The notes beneath the pieces are model-generated. The model ran no database searches. It saw only the letters and a list, made by a program, of their open reading frames with translations, and was not told the DNA's origin. Shown piece by piece: positions 10,493 through 19,481 of a stretch of 60,615 nucleotides of DNA (position 1 is its first letter; each line of letters opens with the position of its first letter). The translations under genes and the position numbers were made by a program. Source of the DNA: an uncultured Thermodesulfobacteriota bacterium (GTDB lineage: Bacteria > Desulfobacterota > GWC2-55-46 > JADFVP01); contig CAZEBZ010000004.1 of NCBI GenBank assembly GCA_964510775.1, forward strand, positions 1 through 60,615, given 5' to 3'.

Positions 10493-11026
10493 GTGAAAAA
10501 GTTTAATTTACGAATAGTTTTATTTACAATAAGGTTTCTTGTGGCTAAGAAAAAGACGTTAAGAGTGTTAATTGTTGATGACGACTGCTGCCTTAGAGAG
10601 CTTCTTGAAGAAGGTGTGCGGGAGTGGGGTTATAAGGTTGCCATAGCCTCTACGGGAGAGGAAGCTTTAGAGCGACTTTCCTGTGAGAAGTACCATGTCG
10701 TTGTCTGCGATTTAAAGATGCCGGGCATGGGCGGCCTGAGTCTCTTAAAGGCCATAAAGGCCTATGATGAGAGCATTAACGTCATAATTGTTACAGGATA
10801 CGCTACACTTGATACTGCTGTTAAGGCTATGAAGGCCGGTGCCTGCGAGTATCTGACAAAACCATTCCGCCTTGAAGAGCTTATGCTCATATTAAAGAAC
10901 GTGAGCAACGGAGTTGATGTGGGAAAGGGCGGAGTAAAGCTCCATGAGAAGTTAAATAAGAGCCACGGAGAACTGGACGTAATGAGGGCGCTTCAGCGCA
11001 GCAGTGCCGAAGAGGGCTCGGAGTGA
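10493..11026 (+). CDS. Stand-alone CheY-like response-regulator receiver protein
   Basis: Receiver-domain blocks RVLIVDDD, VVVCDLKMPGMGG and LTKPF, with no output domain. The start is uncertain; GTG at 10541 (VAKKKTLRVLIVDDD) is plausible. Confidence 0.75.
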   Translation: MKKFNLRIVLFTIRFLVAKKKTLRVLIVDDDCCLRELLEEGVREWGYKVAIASTGEEALERLSCEKYHVVVCDLKMPGMGGLSLLKAIKAYDESINVIIVTGYATLDTAVKAMKAGACEYLTKPFRLEELMLILKNVSNGVDVGKGGVKLHEKLNKSHGELDVMRALQRSSAEEGSE

Positions 11027-11118
11027 GGAGACTGTCTTACTTGAATGAGACCTTTCATCAGGGGAATAATCTTGTATTGTCTTCAATCCGCTTTTTTTTC
11101 TTCCTATAAGTCTGAGAA

Positions 11119-12501
11119 ATGATCTCCACTGTCAGGGATACAATTAAGAAGTACTCCATGCTGCATAAGGGCCAGAGGGTTCTTGTGGCAGTATCGGGCG
11201 GGCCTGATTCCATGGTACTGCTCCATGTTCTCTCTTGTCTTCGAGAAGAGTTTGGAGTTGAGCTTGCCGTGGCGCATCTTAATCATAACCTTAGAGGTGA
11301 TGAATCAGAGCGGGATATGAGGTTTGTGCAAGAGAGGGCCGGTGAGGCTGGTCTTCAGTTCTTCTGTACTACCTTGAGCGCGGGAGCGCTGAAAAAAGCG
11401 GCATCTGAAGATGGGCTTCAGGCGGCGGCAAGAGAGAAGAGACATGAGTTTTTGCATAAGTGCGCCTCTGAATTCAAGGCCTCGCGTATCGCTCTTGGCC
11501 ATACTATGGACGATCAGGCAGAGACTATGCTTATGCGTATTATCAATGGGAGCGGCCTTGCCGGTCTCTCTGGGATATGGCCTATTCGAGGAGTATTGAT
11601 AAAACCGCTTATTGATGTGAAGCGTACAGAGGTGATGACTTTTATTAAAGAGCAGTGCATTTCTTATGTTACTGACTCTTCTAATTTGAAAGACAGTTAT
11701 CTTCGAAACGATATCCGCCACAATCTGCTGCCCTTTATTGAGAAAAAATATAACCCCTCTATCAGGGAGTCTTTAGCGAGAACAGCAGGTGTACTGCGTC
11801 ATGATAACGACTTTATCGAGGCACTTGTAGATCAGCCCGGTCTTATAATAAAGAAGACAACGAGAGAGATAGTCTTTGACGGCCTCAAGTTGCGTGAGTT
11901 GCACATCTCTCTGCTTACCCGTTTGTTTATCACAGCTGCGGGGGAGTTAAGTAAGGGGGCGCGTTTAAATACCTCTCATATCGAGGCCTTTGCAGGTCTT
12001 GTTATGAGTCCAAGGCCAAACGCTCTTATCTCACTTCCCGAGGCGCTTTATATCCATAGGGAATACGAGCGTATTATCCTTACAAGCGTAAGGCCGGTGT
12101 CTGAGGCCCCTTCTTTTGATGTGCCTCTTCAGGTGCCGGGAAGCACGGTGATAAAGGGCGTGGGGACACTTAAGACGAGCCTCTTAAAGTCACCTCCAAG
12201 CCGCTTTAAGGTGGGGGCAGCGTATTTTGATTACGCCTCTATTAAGGGCCCCCTTACTGCGAGGTCGTTTACAAAAGGCGCGAGAATAATTCCTCTTGGA
12301 ATGAGGGGACAGAGAAAGATTAAGGAAATCTTTATTGATGAGAAAGTACCCCGTGCTAAGAGGACGGTAATCCCAATAATTTCTTCATCTGAAGATGTGC
12401 TGTGGGTCGCAGGGCTAAGACAGAGCGAGACCTTTAAGGTTAGTAAATCAACTACTCAGACGCTGATGATAGAATTTGTAAAAAGTCAGCTTGAAAAATA
12501 G
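11119..12501 (+). CDS. tilS: tRNA(Ile)-lysidine synthase
   Basis: 460 aa. PP-loop VAVSGGPDS, then HLNHNLRG and GHTMDDQAETMLMR blocks typical of TilS. Confidence 0.9.
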   Translation: MISTVRDTIKKYSMLHKGQRVLVAVSGGPDSMVLLHVLSCLREEFGVELAVAHLNHNLRGDESERDMRFVQERAGEAGLQFFCTTLSAGALKKAASEDGLQAAAREKRHEFLHKCASEFKASRIALGHTMDDQAETMLMRIINGSGLAGLSGIWPIRGVLIKPLIDVKRTEVMTFIKEQCISYVTDSSNLKDSYLRNDIRHNLLPFIEKKYNPSIRESLARTAGVLRHDNDFIEALVDQPGLIIKKTTREIVFDGLKLRELHISLLTRLFITAAGELSKGARLNTSHIEAFAGLVMSPRPNALISLPEALYIHREYERIILTSVRPVSEAPSFDVPLQVPGSTVIKGVGTLKTSLLKSPPSRFKVGAAYFDYASIKGPLTARSFTKGARIIPLGMRGQRKIKEIFIDEKVPRAKRTVIPIISSSEDVLWVAGLRQSETFKVSKSTTQTLMIEFVKSQLEK

Positions 12502-12535
12502 TTTTTAAAAAAAAGTCTCTCTTACAGTTGCTTCG

Positions 12536-12660
12536 GATGAGAAGGGTGGCTGAGTATGTCTTCACAGGTTCGGGGTTGTGAGAATGAAGGGGTAGAGAAA
12601 TATGGGAAGAGGGTGATAGATATTGTCTGAGAGTGTTGTTGAGGGGGTGTAGGTTTGAAA
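12536..12660 (-). terminator. Candidate Rho-dependent termination (rut-like) tract downstream of the XRE-PilZ gene
   Basis: About 125 nt with only ~6 C on the + strand, so the minus-strand transcript is C-rich and G-poor. It lies just 3' of the last minus-strand gene, and I saw no intrinsic hairpin with a U-run there. Confidence 0.3.
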
Positions 12661-12801
12661 AAAACTGCAACGTTAGTAAGTGACGTGGAGGTCAGGCGGC
12701 GTGTGCTGACGGCGTGTGCAGACGATGAGAGTAGGCGGGGTGGTTGGAGCCGGCTTCGTGGATATAGTAGCTTAACGTGCGGTATACATAGAGGCCTTAG
12801 G

Positions 12802-13386
12802 TCAGCCTTTAACGATTGCGTTTATTACACTGGATATTACTTCAGGCATGGGATTATCAAAGCGTACACCGATTTCTTTTTCAGGGCCAACTCCCTTTAT
12901 CCAGACTACTTTTGAGAGAGTCTCAAGGTGTTTATCACCGAAGTTCCAGCCGATACTCAGGCGTTTACCGTTGCTTACTTGTTCCATGGTCTTAAACATA
13001 AGTCCGGAGCTGCTGAGATTCTCGGTGATGGCGCCAAATGTAGGGGATTCTCGAAAGGATGATATTGTAGTATTCTGTCCAAGCAAACGTATGTCTACTG
13101 GACAGCTTGCCTTAAGACGAAGTGATTTTCTGTTACCGTCTACGTTAGAGCCGTTAACCATATCGAGTTTCTTAATGCCTTTTATGGCCATAGGACTCGG
13201 AGACGTACGACCTCTTTCCCAGCGGTTGACAGTGCTGAAGCTGACGCCAAGTTCCCTTGCCAGTCTCTCTTGAGACCAGCCAAGGCTTAATCGAATTCTC
13301 TTTATCCTCGCTGGATCCATCTCATTATCCATAGTTATTTTTAACTTCTGTAAAAACAGTTCAACAGAGTTAAATCTTTTATCCAC
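12802..13386 (-). CDS. XRE-family HTH / PilZ-domain fusion protein (candidate c-di-GMP-responsive regulator)
   Basis: N-terminal HTH: IKRIRLSLGWSQERLARELGVSFSTVNRWERG. The C-terminal PilZ carries both signature motifs, RKSLR (RxxxR) and NLSSSG (D/NxSxxG). Confidence 0.75.
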   Translation of the reverse strand: MDKRFNSVELFLQKLKITMDNEMDPARIKRIRLSLGWSQERLARELGVSFSTVNRWERGRTSPSPMAIKGIKKLDMVNGSNVDGNRKSLRLKASCPVDIRLLGQNTTISSFRESPTFGAITENLSSSGLMFKTMEQVSNGKRLSIGWNFGDKHLETLSKVVWIKGVGPEKEIGVRFDNPMPEVISSVINAIVKG

Positions 13387-13512
13387 GCATAGTTAATACT
13401 CTAAATCATGCAAAGATTATATCACATGCAAGTACAATTATCTCTAAAAAAGTGGAGTTTTTTCTGTGACTAAAGTCACATATATCAACTCCTATCTTTA
13501 TTTATCTTGGCC

Positions 13513-14166
13513 CTATTTAGGTATCTTCACATTGTCATCATCGTACTTCCCATTGGGTGCGGTTTTGTGGCAGGCCACACAGTTTGAGAAACTATTAATA
13601 GAGCTGCGGGCAAAGACTTTTGCTTTTATCTTTCTGTGTTTTCTTCTAATATATGGTACGTCTCTTATGCTCTTAGGGGGCTTTTCCATAAGGCTCTTGA
13701 GAATTTTCCGAGCCCTCTTGTTCCACTTGGCGCCGTTCTCAGTGGAGTTTGCCTCAAGGTACTTAAGTATCTCCTCCGCGCTGTCTTGCTCCAGGGCGAG
13801 GTCTTCACCAAAATGCTTGTCATTACCATTGATAATTATTTGCCATGAACGCGCCGGCAGGAGCCAGGGCTGATATAAAAAATGGCAAGAGGAGCATTCT
13901 TCTTCATAAAGTGCGTTCTTAGAGAGTCTCGAAGGGTTTTTCCCTTTTTTAACCTGCAGATAAGCTTTGCTCGTTCCGTGCATGCTGTCGTATCTCTTTC
14001 GCCAGTTATTCCAGTCGTATTGTTTGATCTCTTTTTTAGGTTCTTTTATCTCTTGTCCATACCTGTTTTTTGCGGCCCCTGCAGTTAAACTAAATCCAGA
14101 GGTCAAGAGCATGGTTATGAGCATGACCTTGACTGTTAATGAGATGTAAGAAAAATTCGTCTTCAT
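13513..14166 (-). CDS. Dihaem cytochrome c (DHC family)
   Basis: 217 aa with a signal peptide. Two motifs, CSSCH (context YEEECSSCHFLYQPWLLPARSW) and CVACH near the C-terminus, match the DHC pattern. Confidence 0.75.
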   Translation of the reverse strand: MKTNFSYISLTVKVMLITMLLTSGFSLTAGAAKNRYGQEIKEPKKEIKQYDWNNWRKRYDSMHGTSKAYLQVKKGKNPSRLSKNALYEEECSSCHFLYQPWLLPARSWQIIINGNDKHFGEDLALEQDSAEEILKYLEANSTENGAKWNKRARKILKSLMEKPPKSIRDVPYIRRKHRKIKAKVFARSSINSFSNCVACHKTAPNGKYDDDNVKIPK

Positions 14167-14194
14167 AAGAGACTCCGTCAGTAGTTAGTAAGAG

Positions 14195-14629
14195 TCATAA
14201 GGACATCATAAATTTGATGTAATCGCCCTTTTCTTTGTCTGTACATTGGCGTTCAAGCACCCATTTGCAGTTTCTTCGAAACCACTTCTCAACTTTTTTG
14301 GGTGTTGTAAAGCGGTCTTTGTTTACGGCGGGAGAGACTGGTTTGATTACCTTTCCCGCAGGTGTCTTGCCGCTCTTTGTGGGGTCTGATGTGTGGCAAG
14401 TGGTACAGCCCCTCTCTTTATTTTTCTTTGTATGGAGACGTTTACTAAAAAATAGTTTTTTCCCTGCCTCTGCGCTAAATTCCTTTATTGAGGCGTCTTT
14501 TTTTTGCGCTCCCTTGAGATAGGTGTCCATGAGCAGGGACATCTCCGCACTAAGCCTTGTGCCGGCAAGTGCCTCTGCGGTAAAAAGGAAAAAAAACAAT
14601 AATGAGAATATGAAAAATTTTAAAAACAT
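14195..14629 (-). CDS. DUF1924-family monohaem cytochrome c-like protein
   Basis: 144 aa with a signal peptide. CTTCH followed by KVEKWFRRNCKWVLERQCTDKEKGDYIKF, the DUF1924 signature as I remember it. Confidence 0.7.
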   Translation of the reverse strand: MFLKFFIFSLLFFFLFTAEALAGTRLSAEMSLLMDTYLKGAQKKDASIKEFSAEAGKKLFFSKRLHTKKNKERGCTTCHTSDPTKSGKTPAGKVIKPVSPAVNKDRFTTPKKVEKWFRRNCKWVLERQCTDKEKGDYIKFMMSL

Positions 14630-14652
14630 ATGTCTAATCGTCCTATTTTCCT

Positions 14653-15798
14653 TTATTGAGGTATTGAGATGTCGTTATCCTCAAATGATCCGTTGTCGCT
14701 TCCGGGGTGGCAGGCTATACAGTTGCTTCTGCTTACAACGGCCTCTCTCCTGTATACGTCTTCTTTAATATAACCATGTTTTTTCTTCCAATAAGGGGTC
14801 TCTGTAATCCTTATTGGTACTGAACCGATGTGCATGGAGGCAAGTATTTTTTTTGATGCCTCTGAGTCTGAGCGCTCCGCTGAGGCGTTTAAAAGAAATT
14901 TTTCTATCTCCGCGGTCTCCATTTCATCAAGTGAGGCGTCGTCATCAAAGTGGTCTTCAAGGCCGCTTATTATTCTCTTCCACGACTCGGCGGGCAGAAG
15001 TGTAGGGTAAAAGGCGCCGTGACATGATGTCGCGCACTCATCTTTCCATAACTCGTTAACTATAAGCGCGCCCCAATTCCCCTCTGCGTCAAGAACTCTC
15101 GGCGCACTGTAGGGCCGTGAAAAACCTCTGGGAATATAGATAACAGCAAGCAGGGCCATTATTAGTACGAGGACTGCGGCAAACCGTCTTGCAAGAGGAG
15201 TCTCCTCTTTTACGGCCGTTGCCTGTGATTCTGTACTCCCTTCTCCATCATCTTCCTTGTTGCCTGTAATCATGGAGACTATAATGCGTTCTCTTAATAC
15301 AATATCATGAAAAAGCGCGGCGAAGATGTGACCTATTACCATTAGGGCCGCAAAATAAGCCGTGAAAGTATGTGTTGGTCTCGCGTATGACGCTATCTCA
15401 TAAGATATATACTTTGCCCAGACTCCTCGGCCTTCCTCACCGCCGGTGATGATAATACCTGTTAAGGCAGTAAGTGTTATGAGAGCGAGTAGGACAATTA
15501 CGAACCAGCCTACTACAGGGTTGTGTCCAATATATCGAATAGGTTCACGGCGTATCGCCTTAGATATAAAAGACCTTACCTCCTGTGAGCTCTTGATAAA
15601 CTGCGAAAAGCGAGAGTACTTTGAGCCTCCAAAGCCCCATGCGATTCGAAAGACTATCAATCCAAGTGCGATGTAACCGACTGCGATGTGATAATCGAGT
15701 TGAGTATCAGACCATGAGGTAAATAAGGCCGATACAAAAGCGCATACGAGAAACCAGTGAAAAAGACGTGTCGGGATATCCCAGACTCTTATTTTCAA
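14653..15798 (-). CDS. Cytochrome b561 (Ni/Fe-hydrogenase b-type cytochrome family) fused to a C-terminal dihaem cytochrome c domain
   Basis: The N-terminus IRVWDIPTRLFHWFLV plus four TM helices is typical of b561. The C-terminal ~150 aa repeats the DHC pattern (ECATSCHGAFYPTLLPAESW ... CIACH). TTG start. Confidence 0.75.
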   Translation of the reverse strand: MKIRVWDIPTRLFHWFLVCAFVSALFTSWSDTQLDYHIAVGYIALGLIVFRIAWGFGGSKYSRFSQFIKSSQEVRSFISKAIRREPIRYIGHNPVVGWFVIVLLALITLTALTGIIITGGEEGRGVWAKYISYEIASYARPTHTFTAYFAALMVIGHIFAALFHDIVLRERIIVSMITGNKEDDGEGSTESQATAVKEETPLARRFAAVLVLIMALLAVIYIPRGFSRPYSAPRVLDAEGNWGALIVNELWKDECATSCHGAFYPTLLPAESWKRIISGLEDHFDDDASLDEMETAEIEKFLLNASAERSDSEASKKILASMHIGSVPIRITETPYWKKKHGYIKEDVYRREAVVSRSNCIACHPGSDNGSFEDNDISIPQ

Positions 15799-15900
15799 TT
15801 CAACTCTTACCTCTGCCGGCTATTGTAAAATTTATAACTCCTTAATTATTATATGCGGCGGAACTACCATGATTCTGTTATTTATTTAATTTTTATTGTT

Positions 15901-18147
15901 TTATTTTTTCTTCCGCTCCTTCTCCATCTCCATGTATTTACTTAAGACGCTGAGTTTTAACTTCAGAGCATTAGTAGCGTCATGAGCCTCATCTGAGTTA
16001 GAAATCACCCTCGGAGTAAGGAGTATTATCAGCTCTGTTCTGTCGCTTGTTATTGTGGTGAATTTGAAGAGATTGCCAAGTAGCGGGACACGGCTTATGA
16101 GCGGTATCGCCGAGTGTGTCTTGTTTTTCTTCGTATCTATAAGGCCGCCGATGGCTATTGTCTCTCCATTTTTTATCACAACCGAGGTCTCGGCTTCTCT
16201 GTTGGTAAAGGAGGGGAATGAGCCTGATCCTACAACTCTGCTCGTGGAGACATCGCTTATCTCCTGATGCAGAGTGAGGGCTACCATACCGGCATCTGTA
16301 ATCTGCGGGCTTACTGTGAGAACGATACCGGTCTTTCGGTACTCGATGTTCTGGATAATGCTCGCAGTAGTTGATACGGCATTCTGACTTGATTGAGTTG
16401 CTATTGGCTCGTCGCTGCCAACGGTTATAGAGGCCTTCTCGTAATTTTTTACGAGTATATGAGGATTGCTCAGTACGTTGACCTTACCGTCAGAGGCAAG
16501 GGCCTGTAAGAAACCGAAGAAGTTTTTGCCGTCAGTAGCGAGTACGTTAAGTCCTGTTAAGGCCGCCGCACCAATGGGGGTGGAGATGATGCCGCGGGGG
16601 TCGGCCAGGGAGTTTGAAAATATCCCCGTATTACTCTGTGTGCTTACGTTGCCAGATAGGGCCGACCACTGAACGCCGTACTTCATGCTGTCATCAAGGG
16701 CGACTTCTACGACAATGGCGTCTATGAGGACTTGCTTGGGCGGGCGGTCAAGCTCTCTTATGGTGCTTAGCATGTACTGATACTCACGCTCTGATGAGCG
16801 AATTATTATGGCGTTACTCGGCTCGTAGAGGAAAATCTGCATGTCTTGTGAGTCGCCTGCATTGGTCTCTGTTGAGAGATCAGTAGCCGCCTTAACTGTG
16901 ACCGGGGTTTTTTTTGTCTTCTTATTGTTTGTCTTGGCAGGAGCGGTGTCTACGGCGTCGGGATTGTTCTCTGTTGAAGAAGTATCCTTGTTTTTATCGC
17001 CGTAAATATTTGTGAGAAGACCCTTTATGTTAGAGGCTTTATCGTTCTTAACGTAGTATATGTGTGTAGTTATTTCATCAGACGATGAGGCCTTGTCAAG
17101 CTCTGTTATCCATTTTCTCGCAGAGCTTAGAAGCTGATCGTTAGATGAGAAAAGGATAATACTGTTGAACCTCTCCATGGGAATGGCCGAGAACTGCTGC
17201 GAATCCTTATCGTAACCAAGGGCTTTGAAGATGTCATGAAGTTCTACGGCAAGGGTTGTTACGTCAACATTGTTTATGTGAACAAGTGAGACGTTTAGTT
17301 TGTCAAAGAGATCTACATCAAGTTCGTCGATGATGGAGATAATTTTTTTTACGTTAGAGGCGGTGTCTGTAAGTATGAGCGTATTCGCCTTTGAAAAAAT
17401 AGTGATGTCTCCGCCGGCGGAGAGGGTAGGTCTTAATATATCCACCATGTCTTTGGCGGAGATAAACTTCATGGGAACAAGGACGTTTATCATGGCGTCA
17501 CCGCGCGGTAGCTTTTGGTTCTCCGTCGCAGTATATAACTTGAGATTGCCCTGCCTCGCTGACTTTGCAATGACTATTGTGTAAAAATCTCCAGTCCGTA
17601 CAGAGGCAAGTCCGTTAACTGAGAGTATTGTCTCGAAGATACCGAAGACGTCTCTTTTTCTTATTGGTTTTGTTGTACGAATGGAAATCTTGCGGTTAAT
17701 GACCTCAGGGGATAAAATGAAGTTACGTCCCGTAATATCAGAGATGGTCATAATTACGTTCTTAAGCTTGGCATCGGAAAAATTTAGCAGTGCCATGCCT
17801 TTTTTTATCTTTGTTCTCTTATGCGTCGCACTCCTCGGTTTTGTCCCTCTCTTATTCGCCGATGATGTGCCCGTTGAATGTAGTGTTTTTTGCCTGTTGC
17901 GAAATGGATGGGGCGGTAGCGGCACAGTGGTTCCGCTCGCTGTTGTTGAGGCCTTTGCAAGGCGCATCATTGGGGGCAGGGCAGTAGTGGACTTAACTGC
18001 CTGATTAAGTCTCTCAAAGCCCGGCGGCATCATGTTGCTTGCCTCTGAGACTGAAGGCGTTACGAACAAAAAGGGCGCGAGCATAAGTGAGATAATAAGA
18101 GTGCTGCGAAGGGTTAGCGTCTTGCTCAGGAATTGTCTGATTAACAC
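15901..18147 (-). CDS. gspD: Type II secretion system secretin
   Basis: 748 aa. Signal peptide, N-domains, and a C-terminal secretin block (VNVLSNPHILVKNYEKASITVGSDEPI ... AIPLISRVPLLGNLFK). GTG start. Confidence 0.9.
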   Translation of the reverse strand: MLIRQFLSKTLTLRSTLIISLMLAPFLFVTPSVSEASNMMPPGFERLNQAVKSTTALPPMMRLAKASTTASGTTVPLPPHPFRNRQKTLHSTGTSSANKRGTKPRSATHKRTKIKKGMALLNFSDAKLKNVIMTISDITGRNFILSPEVINRKISIRTTKPIRKRDVFGIFETILSVNGLASVRTGDFYTIVIAKSARQGNLKLYTATENQKLPRGDAMINVLVPMKFISAKDMVDILRPTLSAGGDITIFSKANTLILTDTASNVKKIISIIDELDVDLFDKLNVSLVHINNVDVTTLAVELHDIFKALGYDKDSQQFSAIPMERFNSIILFSSNDQLLSSARKWITELDKASSSDEITTHIYYVKNDKASNIKGLLTNIYGDKNKDTSSTENNPDAVDTAPAKTNNKKTKKTPVTVKAATDLSTETNAGDSQDMQIFLYEPSNAIIIRSSEREYQYMLSTIRELDRPPKQVLIDAIVVEVALDDSMKYGVQWSALSGNVSTQSNTGIFSNSLADPRGIISTPIGAAALTGLNVLATDGKNFFGFLQALASDGKVNVLSNPHILVKNYEKASITVGSDEPIATQSSQNAVSTTASIIQNIEYRKTGIVLTVSPQITDAGMVALTLHQEISDVSTSRVVGSGSFPSFTNREAETSVVIKNGETIAIGGLIDTKKNKTHSAIPLISRVPLLGNLFKFTTITSDRTELIILLTPRVISNSDEAHDATNALKLKLSVLSKYMEMEKERKKK

Positions 18148-18305
18148 AGTAGTTATACTCCGTTTAAAATAGGTTTTAAGATACTGAGATAAAGTTTCAG
18201 CCTGCTTACAAAAAAATCAAAACTCCATCCCCGCTTCTGTTATTAAACCCTTCATACCATAGAGAGCCTGATAATAAAAGAACTCTCTTTGCCCCTTAGT
18301 ATCTG

Positions 18306-18896
18306 TTATCTCTGTCTCTGAGTGCTCTGCCATCCGCCTGTGTTGAAACGTACAGTTGGTGTATCTTTCGTAGAGTCGGCAATATCGTTCATCGTAACGC
18401 TGAGCTGATCCAAGCCCCTTGTAAGGAGCACAGAGTTTTTAGTGATTTCTTTAATCATAAAACCTCCGATAGTATCACCTGTTTTGTAGGAGTTCGTCTC
18501 GCTGTCTCGCCCTACGTTGCTAAGCATTGCGGCTCTGCCGTTATCGAGGAGAACAGTTCCGAGCAGTACGAGGTTTGGCGCCCGCAGTACAGGGGCAATT
18601 CGAGCCGTCTGCTGAACAGGGACTCGTGCCTTTACAGGTGCGCTGTAGGCTCTGCGTGATGCCCGAAAGGGGTCGGCAGTAACTATTCTGTTATAGGCAG
18701 ACCTTGAGAGGAGCCTTGTTCCGCTCGTTTGTTTAGTATTTTTCTTTTCGTGCCTTTGAGTGAAATTAGTGCTTATAGATGGTGTAGACCAGATTTTTAC
18801 GTTCCACCCAAGTAGAAATACGCCCGTGGTTATAAGCATAATGCTCAGCAGCTTGGTGTTGCGTCCGGAGATGATGTTATTGCCGTACATATTCAT
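18306..18896 (-). CDS. GspC/PilP-like bitopic T2SS inner-membrane component
   Basis: 196 aa with one N-terminal TM. The C-terminal beta-rich segment LLGTVLLDNGRAAML...YKTGDTIGGFMIKEITKNSVLL resembles the GspC HR / PilP domain. Position is just before the secretin gene, and there is no PDZ domain. Confidence 0.45.
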   Translation of the reverse strand: MNMYGNNIISGRNTKLLSIMLITTGVFLLGWNVKIWSTPSISTNFTQRHEKKNTKQTSGTRLLSRSAYNRIVTADPFRASRRAYSAPVKARVPVQQTARIAPVLRAPNLVLLGTVLLDNGRAAMLSNVGRDSETNSYKTGDTIGGFMIKEITKNSVLLTRGLDQLSVTMNDIADSTKDTPTVRFNTGGWQSTQRQR

Positions 18897-19465
18897 ATCG
18901 CGCCCTCCTTGTTTTTTATGGCTCCTTCGAGGACGAGGGTGACGTTCATCTTAGCCTGATCCCTTGCGGCAATGCTTCGAATATTCAGAGACTTTATGCC
19001 CATGAGAACAGGTGAGAGACGTATCTCGTATAGTAGACTCGTCAGCTGCTTAAGCTCTGCCTTCAGGTGAAACTCCACGGGTATCTTTATATAGTTGCCG
19101 GCTTCCTCGAAGTTAAGGACGTTCTCTGAATCTATTGATATGTTTTTTTTCACGAGTATCTTCTTAAAGGACTCCTGAAGCTCTGCGGCGGCGATTGTGG
19201 GCTTTTTTGCCTTTAATAATCCCTTCTCCAGGGAGGCTATCTTCTTTTTCTCAAGACTTATGAGGTTTTTAACGTCATCGCCTCGCTCGACTATTGATGA
19301 TGATGTCTGAAGTAAGTCGTTGTATGCCGTTATCTCAGCAAGAGAGCTGCTGTGGTGGTTATAACCCCATCGCAGGAGTAAGAGAAGAGCGAGTACTCCT
19401 ATTAACGCTACACCGGGGAGAATTCGCCGGTTCGTATCTATTAATGAGTATATTTTTTCTTTCAT
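18893..19465 (-). CDS. GspM/PilO-like T2SS assembly-platform protein
   Basis: Bitopic protein with a coiled-coil then an alpha/beta domain, located after the gspL-like gene. ATG at 19465 is preceded by AGGAG; the ORF track's longer start would overlap gspL by 59 nt. Confidence 0.5.
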   Translation of the reverse strand: MKEKIYSLIDTNRRILPGVALIGVLALLLLLRWGYNHHSSSLAEITAYNDLLQTSSSIVERGDDVKNLISLEKKKIASLEKGLLKAKKPTIAAAELQESFKKILVKKNISIDSENVLNFEEAGNYIKIPVEFHLKAELKQLTSLLYEIRLSPVLMGIKSLNIRSIAARDQAKMNVTLVLEGAIKNKEGAI

Positions 19466-19481
19466 CTCAACTCCTTTATGT

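Noticed and set aside
12536-12660. G-run-rich + strand tract considered as a G-quadruplex or a + strand sRNA. The 86-aa ORF at 12655-12915 was also considered.
   Set aside because: The G3+ runs are separated by 11-13-nt loops, so no canonical G4 forms. I saw no promoter or terminator framing an sRNA. The ORF runs into the 3' end of the PilZ gene and has no RBS or motif. A rut-like reading on the minus transcript is more economical.
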